Shown: one piece after another, positions 36,437 to 40,746 of the stretch
Position numbering within the stretch: position 1 is the stretch's first letter
Layout of the letters: every line of letters begins with the position of its first letter
Assembly (NCBI GenBank): GCA_964016885.1
Contig: CAXHJY010000773.1
Location: 1-40,746 of the forward strand
Direction of reading: 5' to 3'
DNA from: Eledone cirrhosa
Lineage: Eukaryota
Length of the DNA: 40,746 nucleotides
Made by a program: the position numbers and the translations under genes
Notes under the pieces: generated by a model
What the model was told of the DNA's origin: nothing
Database searches by the model: none
Seen by the model: the letters and a program-made list of their open reading frames with translations, nothing else

Positions 36437-38990
36437 TCATTTATCTTGCTTTATGTTCATACGAGTTGGCTCCAAGTCACAACCAGTGAGTTCGAGAGAC
36501 AACAAGGTCCGCCATGTTCAAGAAAGAACACATACACACATACATGTATCTTTAGGTGTTTAGACCTGTGATGTATTTATATTAATAGAATCTTCCTTAG
36601 TATATGGGCAGTTCCCATTAGTACTATCTTTTGTATTTCTTCTATACGCGGATTTCTTGGGATTTGGGATAAGTAATCATTAGACTCCTTAGGTATCATC
36701 CCTAGAGCACCTACAACCACTGGTATTGTTTTAGTTCTCAACTTCCACATTTTTCCAATTTCTATCTCCAGGTCTTTATACTTGCTCAATTTTTCAAATG
36801 TTTTTATAGATACATTCTTGTCTATTGGAACAGACATATCAATTAGCAGGCATACCCTCCTTTTAAAGTCCTTCAGTATTATATCACGTCTATTTGCATC
36901 TATTTTTCGGTCTGTTTGGATGCTAAAGTTCCACAAGATTGAGATGTGATCTTTTTCAAGTACAGGACGTGGTTGATGCTCCCACCAATTCTTTTGATGG
37001 GGCAGGTTAAAATGTTTACACATTACCCAATGTATGTATTGTGCAGCTCTGTCGTGTCTGTTTAGGTATTCGGTTGGAGTTATAGGGCTGCACATTGAAA
37101 TTATATGATCAATGGTCTCTGGTTGTTTTTTACATACACGGCATAATGCGTTGCATCCATTTTTTATTATGTTGGCTTGATAATTTTTTGTTGGCAGACA
37201 CTGATCTTGTGCTGATATAATCAGTCTTCGATTTCAGTCCAGAGGATGCCAACCACTGATGGGTTAAAGTTTTGTCAACATCAGCATTGTTAGCTCTTTC
37301 TGGACATTTTCCATATATATTTGCCATTTCTTAGCCAGTTTCTGTAGCAGTTCTTTCTTTGCAGTTACTTTTACCTGCTTTGCTTTTTCTGTGTTTTTCA
37401 TTTCAGCAGTAAAGGGAACTTCTGAAATTTGTAGTTCATTACTGAATCTTTGTGCATCTTTTGTAATAGAGTATGATCTTTTGATGCTTTCATGTTTCAA
37501 AACGAATTTGATCATCCAATCATGTGCCTCCCTTAGATATGTAGATAATCCAATTGTTGCAGTTTTCAAAGCAATATCTTACTGGATTAATCCACATCCT
37601 TCTTCTTTCCTAGGGAGATATATTCTATCTGTATCTGCCTTAGGGTGATGCATTCTGTGCATGGTTAAGAATTTTCTAATGTTTGTATCGAGCCTACGGA
37701 TCTCTGTGCTTGACCAGTTGATGACATTGTAACTGTAGGTTACTACTGGTATGGCAAGCGTGTTTATGGCATCGATCCTATTCCTTGCATTCAACTCCGT
37801 TCTTAAGATTGCTCTTACTCTGCGGTAACATTCCTTCCTTATCCTTTCCCTCATTGTCGAGTGCTTGATTCTGTCTCCTTCACAAACACCTAGATATTTG
37901 TAAGTTTCCTCTTGATAAAGTTCTCTTATCCCATTCCCCCGATCAAGATTAATGTCTGAACTTCTCAGCAGCTTTTCTCTGGTGAACGTGGCTTTTGGCG
38001 TATTTATCTAGTCCAAACTCCATTTTAATATCATCTCTGAACTGCTTCACAGTGGATAATAGCCCTTGTAATTGCTCATCATTTTTTGCAAATAGTTTCA
38101 GGGAGTCCATGTAGAACAAGGGATTAATAGTTTTGTCATAGACTTTATATCCATGTTTTGTTTCATTGAGTATTTTACTTAATGGTATAAGTGCGATGCA
38201 GAATAAAAGCGATAAAGTGATAAAGAGTCACCCTCAAAAATTTCACAATTAATATTAACTTCTTCAGCTTCCACTGATTTTTTTCACTATTCAAAAGGAG
38301 TGTTGTTTTCCATGTTTTCATACTGAATGACAGGAACCTCCTGGTGACGGGAGATATTTTTAAAATCTCTAAACACTTTTCAATCCAATTGTATGGAAAA
38401 CTATCGTTGCTTTTTTGTAATCTATCCAAGCAATTAATAGATTTTTGTGTCTATTATGACAATCTTCCAGTATCATTTTGTGAACCAAAAGCTGATCCTT
38501 ACAGCCATATGAGCCTCATTTACACCCTTTCTGCTCATTGGGAAATAGATCATTTGTTATCAGGTGATCATATGTATATTCAGTTAGGACTGATGTTAAA
38601 ATTTTATACATTGTAGTCAAGCAAGTTATCGGTCTGTAATTTTGTCTCATCATTCTTCGGAAGTAGGAATGTAATGCCGTTAACTATCCATGATGGTATC
38701 TTTTCTGGCTCCTTAATCATTTCATTGTAAAGTTGGGCTAACAGCTCATGAGACTCTGCGAAAGCATTTATCCAAAAATTTGGTATTTTGTCTTTCCCTG
38801 GGGATTTCCATTTGCTGGATTTTCTAAGGGCTAAACGCAGATGTTCAACTGTTATATTTTCCCATGTTTGTTCCTCAAGGTGAACTGTATCTTTCATTTG
38901 TCTGTCTATCCATGGGCATGTATATTCTGAACTTTTTCTTCAGCCCAGATCTTTTCCCAGAATTCTTGCACTTCCTCCTTGGGTGGTATT
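36432..38990 (-). mobile_element. Degenerate R4/Dong-clade non-LTR retrotransposon (RT, CCHC finger, restriction-like endonuclease)
   Basis: WKSPGKD, LFYMDSLKLFA (second catalytic Asp lost), YLPRKEEGCGL, CRVC...ETIDHIISMC, RHD, DMSVP...EKLSKY, IPVVVGALG; many frameshifts. Confidence 0.9.
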
Positions 38991-38999
38991 GATTATTAT

Positions 39000-39179
39000 T
39001 GATTGGCAGTATCGGTAGAGAGTCGGACACCATGCTTTGCAGCAAAGAGTTACGGCCCTTTACGGTCTGAGTTCAAATCCCGACGAGGTTAACTTTGCCT
39101 TTCATCCTTACGGGGTCGATACAATAAAGTACCAGCAATGTACTGGGTTATTGCTGGCCTTGTGCCAAAAGTAGAACCA

Positions 39180-39244
<65 letters not shown>
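39000..39244 (+). mobile_element. SINE family A with (ATT)n tail
   Basis: Near full length; about 21 ATT units ending ~10 nt before the exon 5 acceptor. Confidence 0.9.
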
Positions 39245-39253
39245 CGTCACCAG

Positions 39254-39402
39254 GTAAAGGATCAAGGACTGTACTGAACGAACTAACACTACCAGTGATC
39301 AACAGTTCCTTATGTAGATCTTCTGATTACTACGGCAGTCGTTATCACGAGGAGAACATGGTTTGTCTTGGTTACCCAGACGGCGGAGTTGATGCCTGCA
39401 AC
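39254..39402 (+). CDS. S1A serine protease coding exon 5 (to S1-pocket Asp189, VDACN)
   Basis: GKGSRTVLNELTLPVINSSLCRSSDYYGSRYHEENMVCLGYPDGGVDACN. Acceptor CACCAG| (phase 1), donor AAC|GTAAGT (phase 0) just before the expected GDSGGP. Missed by the ORF track. Confidence 0.93.
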
Positions 39403-39468
39403 GTAAGTGCGACGGCGTTCATTTCACTAATAAGAAGCCACTAGAGAATCTCTAGAGAATCTTTAAAA

Positions 39469-40139
39469 CAGTGATTCATAACCTTTTCCTATTGCGACCC
39501 TTCTTGAGATTTTGAAATTCCGCCCCGCACCCCTAGGCCTAACACATAAGACAAAAGAACTTGAATTCTCAGGTCAAATTATCAGGTACTTAGCTGCTAC
39601 TATTTAATTAATTAACCATGACTAACCTGTTGACTGCCGCGTATATTTTACACAACTACAATTGTTGTGCCGGGTGTTTTTCCCCGCCAGTAAAATGACT
39701 ATTTCGATTGACAAATGTCACATTAATAAACTAGTAACCCCATCTAACTTTGAAGTTATGAACTGTTGAAAACGAATTCATAATTTTGAAGTTATTAACT
39801 GTTGAAAACGAGTTCATAACTTTGAAGTTATGAACTGTTGGAAACGAGTTCATAGAACTGTTGAAAAGGAGTTCAAACATGTTAGGACGTGTTATCTCGT
39901 CTGTGACACTGGAATAGAACATGTTAGGACGAGTTATCTCGTCTACGGCACTGAAGAGGTTAATAAATACAATATTTTGACAATAACAAAAAAATATCCA
40001 AATGAAAAACTATGAAACACTGAACGATGAGAAGTAAAACGAAAAAAAAAAAGTTGTTTTTCTGCATCACTACTCGCACCCACGAGAACTAGATCTTGAA
40101 CCCCTTGGAGGTGATGCCACCCCAGGTTAAGAATTACTG
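39469..40139. mobile_element. hAT-like MITE with internal ~35-bp and ~42-bp tandem repeats
   Basis: TIRs CAGTGATTCATAACCT / AGGTTAAGAATTACTG; TSD decayed. Confidence 0.6.
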
Positions 40140-40256
40140 CTCCAAACAGTGACTCTACCTGCTAAAAATAGCAACGAAATCTCCTCCACCCCACACAAAC
40201 ATATATATTTGATATTTGTCTATACACATCTGCCTGCTTAATATGTATACCGTCTA

Positions 40257-40472
40257 AGGGCGGTGGCTTAGCAGTAATCGGTAGAGCGTCGGACAACATG
40301 CTTCGTGGCATAGAGTTACGGTCCTTTACGTTCTGAGTTCAAATCCCACCGAGGTAAGCTTTGCCTTTCATCCTTACGAGGTCGATAAAATAAAGCACCA
40401 GTAATGCACTGGCGTCGATTTAATCGACTCCCACCCCAAGTATTGTTGGCCCTGTGTCTAAATCAGAAACCA
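40257..40472 (+). mobile_element. SINE family A, older subfamily, full length
   Basis: GGGCGGTGGCTTAGCAGTAATCGGTAGAG head, B-box, central motif, AAATCAGAAACC tail. Confidence 0.85.
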
Positions 40473-40746
40473 ATATGTATATCGTCTATATATGTAAGTC
40501 TGGATCTCCGTCGGTTCCTACGATGAGTGCAGGTAGAGCCGCAACTTCTCCGAATACTATGGGCGTGTGGTTAGAATGTCTCAGGAAAGAATCGCTGAAC
40601 AGATTTTACATGCAAAAACCAAACGTTAGGCGACCCAAGGGTAGACCCCGAGCAAGATAGTTGGATAAGATCCATGAGCGTGGCTGGTCACGCTTGGAGG
40701 GTTCCAGCTGGATCAATTGGAGACTGTTGCTTTTGACAGGGAACCC

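Noticed and set aside
39403-40746. Final GDSGGP exon of the protease
   Set aside because: I found no such codons by eye. It is presumed to lie downstream of the window, so this is not evidence of pseudogenisation.

Overview
Eukaryotic, very repeat-rich genomic DNA. The SINE, microsatellite and TE make-up resembles a coleoid cephalopod (octopus-like) genome; this is inference, not a database result. Most ORFs in the supplied track are simple-repeat artefacts. One real host gene crosses the window on the + strand: a secreted trypsin-family (peptidase S1A) serine protease. I assembled five phase-compatible coding exons: 15288-15318, 17344-17555, 19837-19925, 21747-22018 and 39254-39402. The exon with the catalytic Ser lies beyond the window. 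Upstream is an ~11 kb 18-bp minisatellite. The introns hold tRNA-derived SINEs, MITEs, a Helitron remnant, CR1-group, R4/Dong and Tx1-like LINE remnants and a Penelope-like GIY-YIG fragment. The most striking unannotated structure is a set of type I hammerhead-ribozyme motifs of several unrelated sequence families, sitting in (TA)n-flanked modules. Those on the gene's sense strand are all inside long near-perfect inverted repeats, while the free-standing ones are antisense.
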